Source of the DNA: a virus
Length of the DNA stretch: 64,000 nt
Strand: one strand, 5' to 3'
Virus record (IMG/VR): IMGVR_UViG_3300029922_000029
Location: 1-64,000 of that record
The translations under genes were made by a program, and so were the position numbers. Below the pieces are notes generated by a model. The model was given only the letters and a program-made list of their open reading frames with translations, ran no database searches and had not been told where the DNA came from. Of the stretch, positions 39,290 to 49,987 are shown piece after piece; within the stretch, counting starts at the first letter, position 1, and each line of letters begins with the position of its first letter.

Positions 39290-40642
39290 ATGCAAGTCGT
39301 TAAAGAAATCCCGCAAGGCTACAAAGAATGGAAACCCAAGTACGGCCCGTACTCCGCATCGCGCCTGATCACGGCCAAGTGTCCCCAGCGCTACTTCGGA
39401 CAGTACGTCCGCGGCGATCGCAGTATCGGCTTCTCGCAGGCAGCAAGCCGCGGGTCAGCTATCCATGAGATCTGCGCCAGGATCACGACAGCCAAGACCC
39501 AAGGGGTCAGTCTCACTCCAGTTCTGGTTGACCAGTGGGTAGGAGAGGCTATCGGAAGATACCCAGCCGCTTACGAGCAAGTCGACATGGTGAAGGCCGC
39601 AGCCGGAGCCTACATCGGTAATCCGTCTCGTTACGTGAACGCAACGACGAAGTGCGAAGTGCCTTTGGCATTCCGGTATTTCGTTGAAGAGTTGATGGAC
39701 GATTCGATCAGTCCAAAGGTACTCCTGCTCCAGGAGCCTTATGAGATTGAGGGTAGGCCCAATCCAGCAGCCTTCATCGGCGGCCGGATCGACCAAGTCA
39801 GTATGGACAGGGTGACCAATACGATTACGCTCCTTGATCATAAGAGCACACCCTCTGCGGTTCAGAATGAAGACACGAACTTCCAGATGGGAGTCTACGC
39901 TTGGTTTCTGCACCTCCTCTATCCATCGTTCACAATCAGAACCGTAATCCACTACGCTCACCCTGATCTGAACTTCTACGGAAGTCCAGTTGTGTGGAGC
40001 AAACAGGAGCTCGATGATGTGGGCTCGTACGTCATCACGCGGATTCGGGCGATCGAATCTTTCGAAGAGTTTCAGGCGATCCCTGGAAAACAGTGTGACT
40101 ACTGCCATATGGTGCAGTCGTGCGACATTAATCTTCAAATGGAAGAGCAGCGGGCACGAGGCACGATCGATCTCAACGTTCGATCGGTTCAGGATGCCCA
40201 GCGTATCGCTGAGCAAATGCATGTGGTCGGCAAGATGTACGATGACCTTCAGAAGACCTATAAGGATGGTCTTGAGAAGTTCGGCATCACGGGAACTGGG
40301 GTCGCGATCGATGGTTATGTCTACAAGCACAAGACGATGGATGAAGCCGTGGATTGGGTTGCTACTGACTTCAACGTGAGGGATCAAGCTTTGATTGCGA
40401 TCCAGGCGCTCACCGATCCTCAACTCGAAGGCGAGGCGAGGCAGAAAGCAGAGCTGATGTCCAAGCTTCCGAGTCTTCATGCGGTTCTTGCCCACTATGG
40501 CGTGCAGCCGGATGAATTCAAGAAGTGGGACAGTGACAGCCTGAAGAGTTTGTGGAGGCTCGACAAGCCTCAGCTACTCGAGAGAATCAAGGGGTACATT
40601 GTGAATAAGCGGAACACTAAATTTGGGAGGTACAAGATATGA
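39290..40642 (+). CDS. PD-(D/E)XK exonuclease (RecB/AddB/Cas4-like)
   Basis: SASRL...CP, GSAIH, GRID...LDHKS, Q..VY and CDYC....C motifs. Confidence 0.9.
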   Translation: MQVVKEIPQGYKEWKPKYGPYSASRLITAKCPQRYFGQYVRGDRSIGFSQAASRGSAIHEICARITTAKTQGVSLTPVLVDQWVGEAIGRYPAAYEQVDMVKAAAGAYIGNPSRYVNATTKCEVPLAFRYFVEELMDDSISPKVLLLQEPYEIEGRPNPAAFIGGRIDQVSMDRVTNTITLLDHKSTPSAVQNEDTNFQMGVYAWFLHLLYPSFTIRTVIHYAHPDLNFYGSPVVWSKQELDDVGSYVITRIRAIESFEEFQAIPGKQCDYCHMVQSCDINLQMEEQRARGTIDLNVRSVQDAQRIAEQMHVVGKMYDDLQKTYKDGLEKFGITGTGVAIDGYVYKHKTMDEAVDWVATDFNVRDQALIAIQALTDPQLEGEARQKAELMSKLPSLHAVLAHYGVQPDEFKKWDSDSLKSLWRLDKPQLLERIKGYIVNKRNTKFGRYKI

Positions 40643-43385
40643 GCACACCCGAAGAACAAATGGCAGCAGTGAGGAACTCACTCGCCGTAGCGGAACGAAG
40701 ACTCAAGGAACTCATGGGGAAAGATCCTGACCTCCTCACGAGATCGGAGCAGTTTGAACTCGATATGACAATTGATTGCATTCGGATGGGAAAGCAATTA
40801 CTCGGAGACAATGGAATTTCAAAGCAACCTCTTTAAGGAGATCGACTATGTTTAAAAAATGGATCCTCAAATTTCTCAACATCCACTTCTTTGCAATCCT
40901 CAAGGCAGAACGCGAGCAAACCTATGCCGAAGCAGTGAAGCTATCAACACTCGCCGTAAAGTGTGACATTCAGAAGTACTGCGCTCAACTCGATGCTCAT
41001 AGGGAGTTGGAGAAAAAAGTTTCCGATGATTGGCGAAAGGAAAGATCAGCCAAGCATGAAGAGCATGAACGTTATATGGAGGGCCACGCGAAGCAAGTCG
41101 AGCAGTACCTCTCTGGGTTTAATGCTCTGTTGCAGGAATTCATGAAGAAGCCTGAGATCAAGAGGAAGAAATAATGGCTGAATCACTCCCCAGTTGGTCC
41201 GACTTCAAGCTTATTGTCCAGCGCGAGGCTCAAAAGTATTTTGGTCCGAACGCCACGGTGGATCGCCTCGAGGTGTGGGAGCCGGAGGGAACTTACAGTT
41301 ACTCGCGATATCGAAGACCGCAGAATAAGGAACCCAAGAAGCGTAAGATGAAGAAGGAGACAGAATGAGTAACTGTAAGCATGAAACATGTCAGAGTCAG
41401 GAGGAGTGTAATCTACGGGATCAGGCCGTGCATGACAATAACCTCTTGGTTGACTGCCAGCATCGCCTTTCTGCCTGCGAAAAGGAACGAGATCTTTTCC
41501 GTTCGGAATCCATGAAAAATGGCGAGTTTGCTTCGCGTGAGTCCCAGAGATGTTGGCATCTCACACATAAGCTTATAGCGATGGAAAAGGAGCGCGATAC
41601 CTGGGGTAATGAGTTTAATGCGGTCTGCATTGTGAAGGAGCAACTCTTGGAGGCGCAGTCAAAGCTGGCTTGCGCCGTTGAAGCGCTAGAGAATTGCACT
41701 GGAGGAGATTTAGCTTCTGGAGAGGGCATTTATAAAGCGGAAATCGCCCGCGAAGCCCTCGCCAAGATCGATGTTGATAGTTCACCTGGAACTGTAAACC
41801 ATCAGCCTGGACCCGATACGCATGCTCTGACTGCTGACGAGCGAAAGCTAATCGAGCGCACCGCCAAGCATGATGCCTATCAAGCTGTACTTCTGTGGGG
41901 ATTGAGTCAGACTCCATCGATAAGAAAACTACGCTTTGGTACGCCAAAGAAAAGAGGGAGGGGCACCGCCAGTGGTTAGAGGAGCAACCAATGCTCTACG
42001 ATTACGTGGGCGGGTTCGTAAAGAAAGTGCAGACCGAAAAGGTCAACACCATGAGTGACCTTTCCGATCGCATGATTGCTCTCCGCGAAAGGTGCCTTCG
42101 CTGCTGGGCGGACGAATTCAGTGACATTTTCCCGCAGGGGAGAAACTTAAAGATCGCCGGAGAAGAGATGAAAAAATACGGAAATCCAGGACACAGCGAG
42201 AGATGCGAAAAGGAAAAGGTCGGAGGACGCGTCGTCCTTTCCGGACAACGAGGTTCAAATGAGTAAACCGTCTGAAATTCTTGATGAGTACCGCGACCGA
42301 TATCCTGAACCAGAGCATGACTGGCGTTTCCGGGCCGGGCGAATGGCCGAGCAAATGGCGATGCTTGGTACTGACCTATTGCAGGCGCAGAAGTTACTTA
42401 CTAAGGCACGACATCAGCGGGACTCCCTTGCGGTGACGTTAGTTGACGCTCAGAGGGAGCGCCTCACCGCCGAGTCCAAGCTGGACTCGGCCAATCGAAT
42501 CATCGGCGAGCAGCTTGCAACGATTGCGGTTCTGAATCGAATCAAGCCGAGTCCCGATACGAGTAGGCTGATCAAGGCCGCTAAAGCGTTGCTTCAGAAC
42601 TACGAGAAGTGCCCGCAGAACCCGCACAATGACCCGACGATCCGCCGCAGATACCTCGATGGTTTGCGGGACGCGTTAGTGCAGACCGAAAAGGCCTGCG
42701 ATGCTTGCATCGATGCGGGCTCTGGCATGACCGGCCAATCTATGAAATGTCCCGCACACTCCGCGAAGGAGTGCAATCGATGAGTAGATCAAGTGGCCGC
42801 GGCCGAGGCCCGGATGGAATTTCAGCAGTACCTGGAGTTTTTTCCGGGTGTCTGATCATGATTGCGATGGGTTGTTTTATGCTGTTTTTGGCGGCCGCCT
42901 GCTTTAGAGCCTGCGGATGAGAGGAAAAAAATGAAACACAGTGGAAGCGGTAGCGGTTCTGGAAAGTATGCTCTTTATCACACTCATAAGGGACGTCGCT
43001 CCGTTGAGGTGCAGGATTTACCCGAGGACATTGCGTCGGTAAGAATTGTCATCCGTGAGATGGATATCGAAAATAAACTCATGATGGATGAGGATCATGC
43101 CTATCTCTTATGGGCATCGCTTGATCAGATGGCAAAAAATAAGGGTTGGTTGAATGAGCTGGAATTGCCGCCAATGTCGCCGGGAGAGGGTCTGCGATGA
43201 TTGAAATCGATGACGGCAAGAAGGATTGCATGATTCAATATCAAGGTAAGACGGTCATGCTGATGACCGAGGACGGCTACACGGCGATCGGACTATCATA
43301 TGAGCAAGCCAAGAACGTTACGGTTCTGCTTTCCACAATTTTAGCCGAAATAGTTAATGGCCTAACTAGTGCCGAAGAGTCCTGA
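40639..43385 (+). other. Run of small hypothetical ORFs
   Basis: Coupled ORFs starting at about 40639, 40848, 41174, 41365, 42259, 42931 and 43197. Confidence 0.7.
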
Positions 43386-43472
43386 GATGACTCCAAACTG
43401 AATCACCCGGGCCTCGCAAGAGTGCCCGGGATTTTTCTTTACCCCCCACTCGAGCTGCGCTATGTTCCACCC

Positions 43473-43970
43473 ATGATGGCAGAAACAGATGACGATCGCT
43501 TTGTCAGGCAACCCCTCAGCGACTGGCTCAAGGAGCGGCCGCTCTTTCACCTCTACCGTGACGTGACCGGAGAAGAGATCATACTCGAGTTGCCAGCGAA
43601 CATTGATCGGCCCAATCTTCACAAACTCGCAGACCACACGTACGAGTTCGTCGAAACTCTCCCCGACAAGTCGATGTGCCACACCATCCGAACTCAATTC
43701 GTCAGGAATGGCCACATCGCTTACGAATACAAACTCCCGGGCGGCCAGCGTTTCACGCGTTCCGCGACACGCGAGAACTGGGAGCATAATCTCGGCAACC
43801 TCGGCGCAAAGCGTCAAGCGGAGCTCGGGACCCAGATCTCGAAGACGATCCACACGCCTAAGGTCCAGAATATCGTTGATCGGGTCGAGCGGGCCAAGAA
43901 GGAGAAGCTGAAGGGCTTCATCACCCAGAATGTCCGGAACGTCCTTGACCCTAAGAGTAAGAAAAAGTAA
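43473..43970 (+). CDS. Hypothetical protein, probably leaderless
   Basis: TTTACC-17-TATGTT-6-ATG. Confidence 0.7.
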   Translation: MMAETDDDRFVRQPLSDWLKERPLFHLYRDVTGEEIILELPANIDRPNLHKLADHTYEFVETLPDKSMCHTIRTQFVRNGHIAYEYKLPGGQRFTRSATRENWEHNLGNLGAKRQAELGTQISKTIHTPKVQNIVDRVERAKKEKLKGFITQNVRNVLDPKSKKK

Positions 43971-43979
43971 ACTCACCCC

Positions 43980-44489
43980 ATGTTCATCAAGTCTATTACT
44001 AAAAAAGGTCAGCCAGTCCCATTCACCCCCAAGGAATGCCTGGAGCGCGCACTGACCCTGGGGTTGAAAAACGAGGCGACCGCTGAGTCGGACAAGAAGT
44101 TCATCTTCTTCTTGACCAAAAGTTCGGCCGTAGCCACCCAGTTCGCTGAGCACCCAGGCCCCGTGACGGCTGTGAAGAAGAGTAAAGCGCCGGCGCTTCC
44201 GAGTTGGATCGCAGTGGCTTCAGGCACCTGTCTCCTCGGCAAGCACGATGTCGCCAAGAACCGCTTCTACAAGGCCAAGTCCTACGCCTTCCAGATTACC
44301 TACGCAAGCGGTAAGGACGCACTCGGGATCCCCGACGTCAGTGTGACCACCTGTGCGTTTACCGCGGTCGAGACCAATCCGGGCGGCGCACACGGCCCCC
44401 GCAAAACCAATCCACCTGTGGTCGTGGGCGAGCTTACGCCTCAGCCCGGTGGGCTCGTGGCTCCGGCTCCAGACGCTTCTCTCGCCTAA
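43980..44489 (+). CDS. Hypothetical protein
   Basis: 169 aa, follows the previous ORF after 9 nt. Confidence 0.75.
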   Translation: MFIKSITKKGQPVPFTPKECLERALTLGLKNEATAESDKKFIFFLTKSSAVATQFAEHPGPVTAVKKSKAPALPSWIAVASGTCLLGKHDVAKNRFYKAKSYAFQITYASGKDALGIPDVSVTTCAFTAVETNPGGAHGPRKTNPPVVVGELTPQPGGLVAPAPDASLA

Positions 44490-44525
44490 GCGGGCAAAAT
44501 CATAGCTTCTTCTGGCATAAGCTAA

Positions 44526-45995
44526 ATGCAAGGAGAGATTATGAATACAGCTACTGAGTCGGAACGTTTCACGGAGCAAGATAGCACATTCACTGGAGGC
44601 GGCGAGAGCCTTTTCAGTCGGTCTGAAGACCTGAACCAGCCCGAATACCAAGCCCGCATCCAGGCACCAGAATCTCCGCAGGAGGGCGACGGCATCCTCT
44701 GGGAGGTCGAGGATCACAAAGCGGCCTACGGGCAGGGCGATCGCTTCAATCGATCCCGGGACGTGCTGAGCGAAGCCACGATCGAGGCATGGGGCCAAGG
44801 CGTCTTTGAATCGATCAGTCAAAGCAGTCTGCGAGAAATCAAAAAATACGTCGATGACTTCCTTGACTTCCTCCACTGCCCGACCTTCAAGAGTTTCGAC
44901 TCGATGGACATGATCCGGATCATGTTCGCCTACCTCGACTATCACGACATGTACTTCTGCTTCTATGACATGCCGGTCCAGATGTGCATGGATCAGCACG
45001 AGTTCACCTACATCAATAAAGCGACTGGCGAGACCCTGAACCCAGAGCATACCGAAGTCTTTCGGGTCGCACGCGGCTGGGACTTTGCTCCGTTCCGAAC
45101 CTTCAAGCAGCGTATCTCTCATCCTTCCGTTCAGGCATTCGGAAAGGGTGAACAAGTCATGCACTCGAAGGAACAAAGACCCATCACAAGAGAGGATATT
45201 CTTAGAGTTCTCTGCGAACCAGTTTATGGAAATTACGATGAAAACTCTTCTCAATCCAGGCAGTCCGGCCTCAAGGAGTATGTTGAAGATCAGGTCGATG
45301 CTTACTTGAGCGAGCAGACTTTCGATGTGCGCAACGACATGGAGAAGGTCCAGGACTTCAACGATGTTAGGCAGGCCATTATCGAAGCGACAGTCGCAGC
45401 TGGGATCGCGGTCTGCGCGTGGATTAAGTCTCCGATGGCTGTCCCGTTTCTGTCCCAGTGGCATCCGGTCTACTATCATATCTTGGGTTGGGACAACGAC
45501 ACCAACAAAGCCTATATCGAACCCGGAACCGGAGGAGAGGCGGTCGTGACCGGCTGGGAAGTCATGACTCTCAAGTCAGTCACAAAGCTCGAGAATATGC
45601 CGGCCGGCAGCTGCCGGAGCTGTCAGCTTACTCTTCACTGCACCCACATTCTGAATGCTAACGCATTGATCTACAAAGTTTGCAGTTGCGGGAAGCCAGT
45701 TCATCCTGATGACCTGGAGCTCGATCTCCACTCAATCCCTGGTCCTTATCGCGGGACCGCAAGGGATGAACGGTGCGTCCCTTATCGGAAGGCGCACCCG
45801 AGTCTGCCTTCGTTTGTCTGTTATCGCTGCGCTGAGAAGCACCTGCTGTTTGAGACCGCCATGCAGGCACCCCCTCAGTACAAATGCTCACGCACAGTCT
45901 GCCCGAATACGGGTTGCGCCCACCATTGGGGTGAGGCAACGCGCCGGCAAGTCCTGAATCAGAGGCGGAGGCAAATGTTGCCAGCCCCATCGTAA
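44526..45995 (+). CDS. Hypothetical protein with a Cys/His-rich C-terminus
   Basis: CRSC, CSC, CYRC and CSRTVCPNTGCAHH. Preceded by CTGGCATAAG. Confidence 0.8.
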   Translation: MQGEIMNTATESERFTEQDSTFTGGGESLFSRSEDLNQPEYQARIQAPESPQEGDGILWEVEDHKAAYGQGDRFNRSRDVLSEATIEAWGQGVFESISQSSLREIKKYVDDFLDFLHCPTFKSFDSMDMIRIMFAYLDYHDMYFCFYDMPVQMCMDQHEFTYINKATGETLNPEHTEVFRVARGWDFAPFRTFKQRISHPSVQAFGKGEQVMHSKEQRPITREDILRVLCEPVYGNYDENSSQSRQSGLKEYVEDQVDAYLSEQTFDVRNDMEKVQDFNDVRQAIIEATVAAGIAVCAWIKSPMAVPFLSQWHPVYYHILGWDNDTNKAYIEPGTGGEAVVTGWEVMTLKSVTKLENMPAGSCRSCQLTLHCTHILNANALIYKVCSCGKPVHPDDLELDLHSIPGPYRGTARDERCVPYRKAHPSLPSFVCYRCAEKHLLFETAMQAPPQYKCSRTVCPNTGCAHHWGEATRRQVLNQRRRQMLPAPS

Positions 45996-46060
45996 GGTGT
46001 TAAAAAGAATGTCGAGGCGCCTGTACGAGGCCTCGGCAATTTCTTTACCTCTGAGGACGC

Positions 46061-46543
46061 ATGGACGAGGCAAAATTCAAGAAGCAACTTAGAGCCTCCT
46101 TTCTAGCGCAGACAGCGCTCGCCCAGGGCTACGAGTGGCCGGTCACCGATCCCTTCCGGACTGGCACCGCCGACTTCTTTCTTGCTGTCCGTGGCTGCGT
46201 GATGGCATGCGAGGCCAAGCATATGAAAGAGCTTCCGGTCCGAGAAAACTCGAGAGTCCTCGACCACCCCGTCTCGATGGAGCAGTACAGGTTTCTCAGA
46301 CGTTACCAGGAGAGCGGCTCGCCATCGTTTGTGCTCATCGGTGTTGGTAAGGATGCGGCTGCTTACACCAACCGGATTCAGCTCAATTACACGAAGAAGG
46401 AGCTCATGTTCTTGCCGAGGCTGCAAAGACTCGGGAAAGACCTCTGGGACATGGGACCTTTGATTACGATCATGGCGGATCACAATAAAACCTGGCAGCC
46501 CTATCTCAACCTCCCTGCGGACGCACATGCCAACACCCCCTGA
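46061..46543 (+). CDS. RecU/Hjc-like Holliday junction resolvase (PD-(D/E)XK)
   Basis: E..F...GTADF...ACEAK...Q.RFL...G..SFV. Confidence 0.75.
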   Translation: MDEAKFKKQLRASFLAQTALAQGYEWPVTDPFRTGTADFFLAVRGCVMACEAKHMKELPVRENSRVLDHPVSMEQYRFLRRYQESGSPSFVLIGVGKDAAAYTNRIQLNYTKKELMFLPRLQRLGKDLWDMGPLITIMADHNKTWQPYLNLPADAHANTP

Positions 46544-47102
46544 AAAACCTCAGTCAAAACCCCAAGGCTTCTTCTTCGAGGAAGATCCGGACTCGACCGA
46601 GAGTGGCGTCGACTGGTCTGAGCAATCCGCATTTTTCAATAGCGTGATCCAGACCGAGGGTAAACATAAAGCTAAAGAAGGCAGCGAGATGCCGTCCATG
46701 GTTCCGATGGGGATCCAGTCGGAAGCAAGCCTTAAGCGTCTCCAGAATGGTTGGATCGCAGTGGAGTTTGGGAAAGTCAGGAAAGACTACGCGATCCACA
46801 CCATCCCCATCAACCCGCGAGTCGACTTCGGAAACAAGGACGTCTTCGCGCAGACTTGTCGGATCACGATCCTTCTCCTGAACGAGATCGTGCCCTTCGA
46901 TCTTCAAGTGAACGTATTCCCTCCGGATCCGAACTGGTCGGTGAAAGCGGTCAGCTATAAAATCATTGGTGGCGTGGATGCTTGGAACCTCGACCTGGAT
47001 AAACTCGAAGCAGAGGTCATGCCTAAAATCCTCGAGCAGCTCACCCAGTACTGCATGGCCAAAAATACTCAGCGCGGCCCTCAACCGGGTCCACGGCGAT
47101 GA
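46527..47102 (+). CDS. Hypothetical protein
   Basis: 191 aa, ATGA-coupled to the next gene. Confidence 0.75.
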   Translation: MPTPPEKPQSKPQGFFFEEDPDSTESGVDWSEQSAFFNSVIQTEGKHKAKEGSEMPSMVPMGIQSEASLKRLQNGWIAVEFGKVRKDYAIHTIPINPRVDFGNKDVFAQTCRITILLLNEIVPFDLQVNVFPPDPNWSVKAVSYKIIGGVDAWNLDLDKLEAEVMPKILEQLTQYCMAKNTQRGPQPGPRR

Positions 47103-47899
47103 AACTCAGGTCACTGGGGTCCGGTTCCTCCACCTGTCGTCACCCGCTCGTGCCGTCCTGCTGGCTTCTTCAGTCGGCCGGCGCGACTGTGGTGATTGGA
47201 GCTCCTTGGCAGCTGGCAGCTAGGCTTGAAGCGATCGGAATCAGTCTTGACCAGATTGATATGATCCTTCCCCTCTCGCCCCGCGGCGACCAGATCGGTG
47301 GCCTGGAAGAGATTGCTCACTATTTCATGGGCAAGTCGAAGAAACCCTACCTTGTGGCACCCGAGAAGCTGCTTCAGAAAATCAAGGAGCGGATCGAGCC
47401 GGCCTTCCTATTTTACCTGAAGGAACTGTTTCAGGTGAAGGCAGTGTCTCGGATCCAGGTAAAAGAAGAGCATATCTCAGAGACCCTGAGCTTCGTGCCC
47501 AACTACTTGGACCTCAACATCCCTTCCTACGGCATCCGACTCGAGGACGCCAAGATCTTCATCACAGGCGAGACGGCCCTCAATGAAACCTGGCTGTTCA
47601 AGGAAATGGGCTGCAACGCGATCCTACACAGCTGTAATTTATCAGCAGGCATTACGGGTTATCCAGGCCCTCCAAGTCTTGCCGAGCTTCAGACCCTCCC
47701 CGTCTATCTGCAGAACAAACTCTGGCTCTACGGTTACGGCAATGCGTTCGCTGAGCACGAGTCCCAGATTATCCCTATGCTCTTTCTGCCTCAGGGCGCC
47801 GCAGTCTATGACAGCGCGAGGCGTGACAAGATTCTCAACAAAGAGCGTTATTTACGGGAAAACGCAAAGCGTCTTCTGGGTAACGAACGAGAACCCTGA
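47099..47899 (+). CDS. Apyc1/RNase Z-like metallo-beta-lactamase fold protein lacking metal ligands (pseudo-enzyme)
   Basis: LGSGS, ID.I.., SPRGDQIGGLEEIA (for THxHxDHIGGLEE), SYG, FITGET (for SGDT), ILHSC, PSLAEL, LYGYG (for LMHYG) and PQG. Confidence 0.75.
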   Translation: MKLRSLGSGSSTCRHPLVPSCWLLQSAGATVVIGAPWQLAARLEAIGISLDQIDMILPLSPRGDQIGGLEEIAHYFMGKSKKPYLVAPEKLLQKIKERIEPAFLFYLKELFQVKAVSRIQVKEEHISETLSFVPNYLDLNIPSYGIRLEDAKIFITGETALNETWLFKEMGCNAILHSCNLSAGITGYPGPPSLAELQTLPVYLQNKLWLYGYGNAFAEHESQIIPMLFLPQGAAVYDSARRDKILNKERYLRENAKRLLGNEREP

Positions 47900-47966
47900 G
47901 TCCCGACGCTAATGCCCAAGAGTCCCAAGAGTTGACAGGGAAGTAATTGCCGAGTAATCTCGGCAC

Positions 47967-48254
47967 ATGAAGAAGAACAAGGCGCAATGCCAACGAGTCC
48001 ACGCAAAGAAACGGGCACTGGAAAGGTATGACCTAGACCTCAATCGAGACGCCCTCGAGGAGATCGTCAGCCGCATCCAAAACGGGGTCGGCATTAAGAT
48101 GGTGCTCAAACAAAGCCTCAGGATCTCCCACTACGAGATGACGGTTCAGGAGAAACTGGTGCGAGTCGTTTATGACCGGTCTCGCAAGACAGTCGTCACC
48201 TTTCTGCCCCTGATTCCTGCCACCGATATTCAGCACGACCCCGTGGATTGGTGA
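47967..48254 (+). CDS. Hypothetical protein, probably leaderless
   Basis: TTGACA-17-TAATCT-6-ATG; HAKKRALERY...VVTFLP. Confidence 0.7.
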   Translation: MKKNKAQCQRVHAKKRALERYDLDLNRDALEEIVSRIQNGVGIKMVLKQSLRISHYEMTVQEKLVRVVYDRSRKTVVTFLPLIPATDIQHDPVDW

Positions 48255-48301
48255 ATCAAAAAGTCGGGATTATCTGGCATAAGAAAGATAGGAGAAAACT
48301 T

Positions 48302-48733
48302 ATGAAAACAGCTGAGAAGATTGTGAAGGGGAGCTATTGGGCTACCGACAGTGGAGATTGCGCTCGAATCGATGCGGATGATTATCCCACCGAAGACTCG
48401 ATTGTGGGTCGTATTTATTCACGTCGACTGAATAAGTGGCGCATAAGTCCGTCCTCATGGCGGAGCGATGGGGAGTACTATAATGGCCCTGGGACCTTGA
48501 CTGATAATAAGTTGCTCAAGCCTTGGACCGGTCCTCTGCCTTGGGCAGAGAAAAAATCAGAACCAAAACCCCGCATGCTGGCCTACTTGGTCAACGTGAA
48601 GGTGAAGAACACGACTCGCCGTCGGTGGTCTCTGAGATTCTATAAAGAAACCGACATGGTCGGAATTGACAACGACTTCGTGAAACGCGCCCCCTGGCTC
48701 GATGAACCCTTTAACCCGACTGGACAACCATGA
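48302..48733 (+). CDS. Hypothetical protein
   Basis: AGGAG RBS after CTGGCATAAG. Confidence 0.75.
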   Translation: MKTAEKIVKGSYWATDSGDCARIDADDYPTEDSIVGRIYSRRLNKWRISPSSWRSDGEYYNGPGTLTDNKLLKPWTGPLPWAEKKSEPKPRMLAYLVNVKVKNTTRRRWSLRFYKETDMVGIDNDFVKRAPWLDEPFNPTGQP

Positions 48734-49356
48734 AACTCATCACTCTGATTCCCTTTCTTTCACTCCTTCTGCTGTCTACTGGCTTCGCTCATCATGCCCC
48801 GGCCCCATTGCCGAGCTCAACGCCTGCTGTCGTTGCAGCCCTCCCAAGTCCCGCTCCGACCGCCACCACCCACGTGGACCCGCTCTCTCCAACGATCACT
48901 CTCGATTGTGATTCGACTTGTCTACCCAACGAGGTGGCCCAGCTACCGGCGCTGCAAGCCAAGATGAATGAGGTTTTGAACTCGGATTGCCTATCTGCTT
49001 ACTTCCTTACTCCTCATCGCCGGATCGATAATAGGGACGACCTCACGCCCGAGCAGGTATTGTTGAAGCTCAGGCAGCCCTCCCATCTCACGCTCAACTA
49101 TTTCTACAAGAGCGGGACCAAAGAAGAAGGCTACGAGTCGGCCGTCGACTTCTCCGTTATTCACATGAATCGAGCCTATACGGCTACGTGGACGTTATGC
49201 GAGGTGACATCGCTAGGTCTTCATGAGATGACCCATACCAAGCAATTCTGGCATCCGGGTGGATTCAATCAAGCGAAGAAAGATTACTTCACGGTTCCCT
49301 ATCAAGCCAATAATGCAACCGAAGGAAGGGACAATATGTCTGCGTGCTGCCAGTGA
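48730..49356 (+). CDS. Secreted zincin-like metalloprotease
   Basis: Signal peptide, Pro/Thr linker, HEMTH..Q.WH and VPY. Confidence 0.7.
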   Translation: MKLITLIPFLSLLLLSTGFAHHAPAPLPSSTPAVVAALPSPAPTATTHVDPLSPTITLDCDSTCLPNEVAQLPALQAKMNEVLNSDCLSAYFLTPHRRIDNRDDLTPEQVLLKLRQPSHLTLNYFYKSGTKEEGYESAVDFSVIHMNRAYTATWTLCEVTSLGLHEMTHTKQFWHPGGFNQAKKDYFTVPYQANNATEGRDNMSACCQ

Positions 49357-49987
49357 TCAACATCCCACAGCCCAGACAGGACAAGGTCCTCACCGACCTC
49401 GACGGGAATCGTTATATTTGGGAGGCCGATGCCAAAGAAACATTCGCCGATCTGACCCACCGCCTGAACAAAGCGGAAGAGGTCATTCAGTATTTCGTCG
49501 ATCGGGCTACCGACTTCAACCATCCAGAAGGTTGGATCCAGAGCAAAAAGACTCTTGCTCGGATGCAGTTTGCCCTCACTGTTGTTCAGACCGGGAAGGA
49601 ACCACCGCCGGAAGCCCCAACCCGCCCAGAACAGCCACACAACACTCCGTCATCTCACTACGAACGACGTCCACTCTAACGCAAGGAAGCCAAATGATCA
49701 CCCTTCTCCTCGCTCTCGCTTCTGCCCCTCAGTTCGAACATCCTCACCCCGGTCACGAACCCGGTCCATCTATAGGCCATGGATCCTGCATCAAGGAACA
49801 CCCTGCGGCTGATTCGGATCGCGGAGTCACGGATATGCCGTATCTGATTGACCACCAAGAAGTCGAAGCGGTGGCGAGTCCATTGCCTGGGCAGATCAAA
49901 AAGAAGCAGAAGTACGCCTCTCACTTTCATCACAGTTATCCTCACTGCCTCGACTCTTGTGGTAATTGGATTGCGGGGTGTAGATAA

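Noticed and set aside
44512-44530. Sigma54 promoter (TGGCA...TGC)
   Set aside because: GG-to-GC spacing is 12 nt rather than 10, and other copies of the motif lack the -12 element.
44220-45479. Long antisense ORFs (419 aa here; also 39455-40495, 43362-44153 and 29976-30647)
   Set aside because: They are shadows of well-supported + strand genes and have no motifs or RBS.
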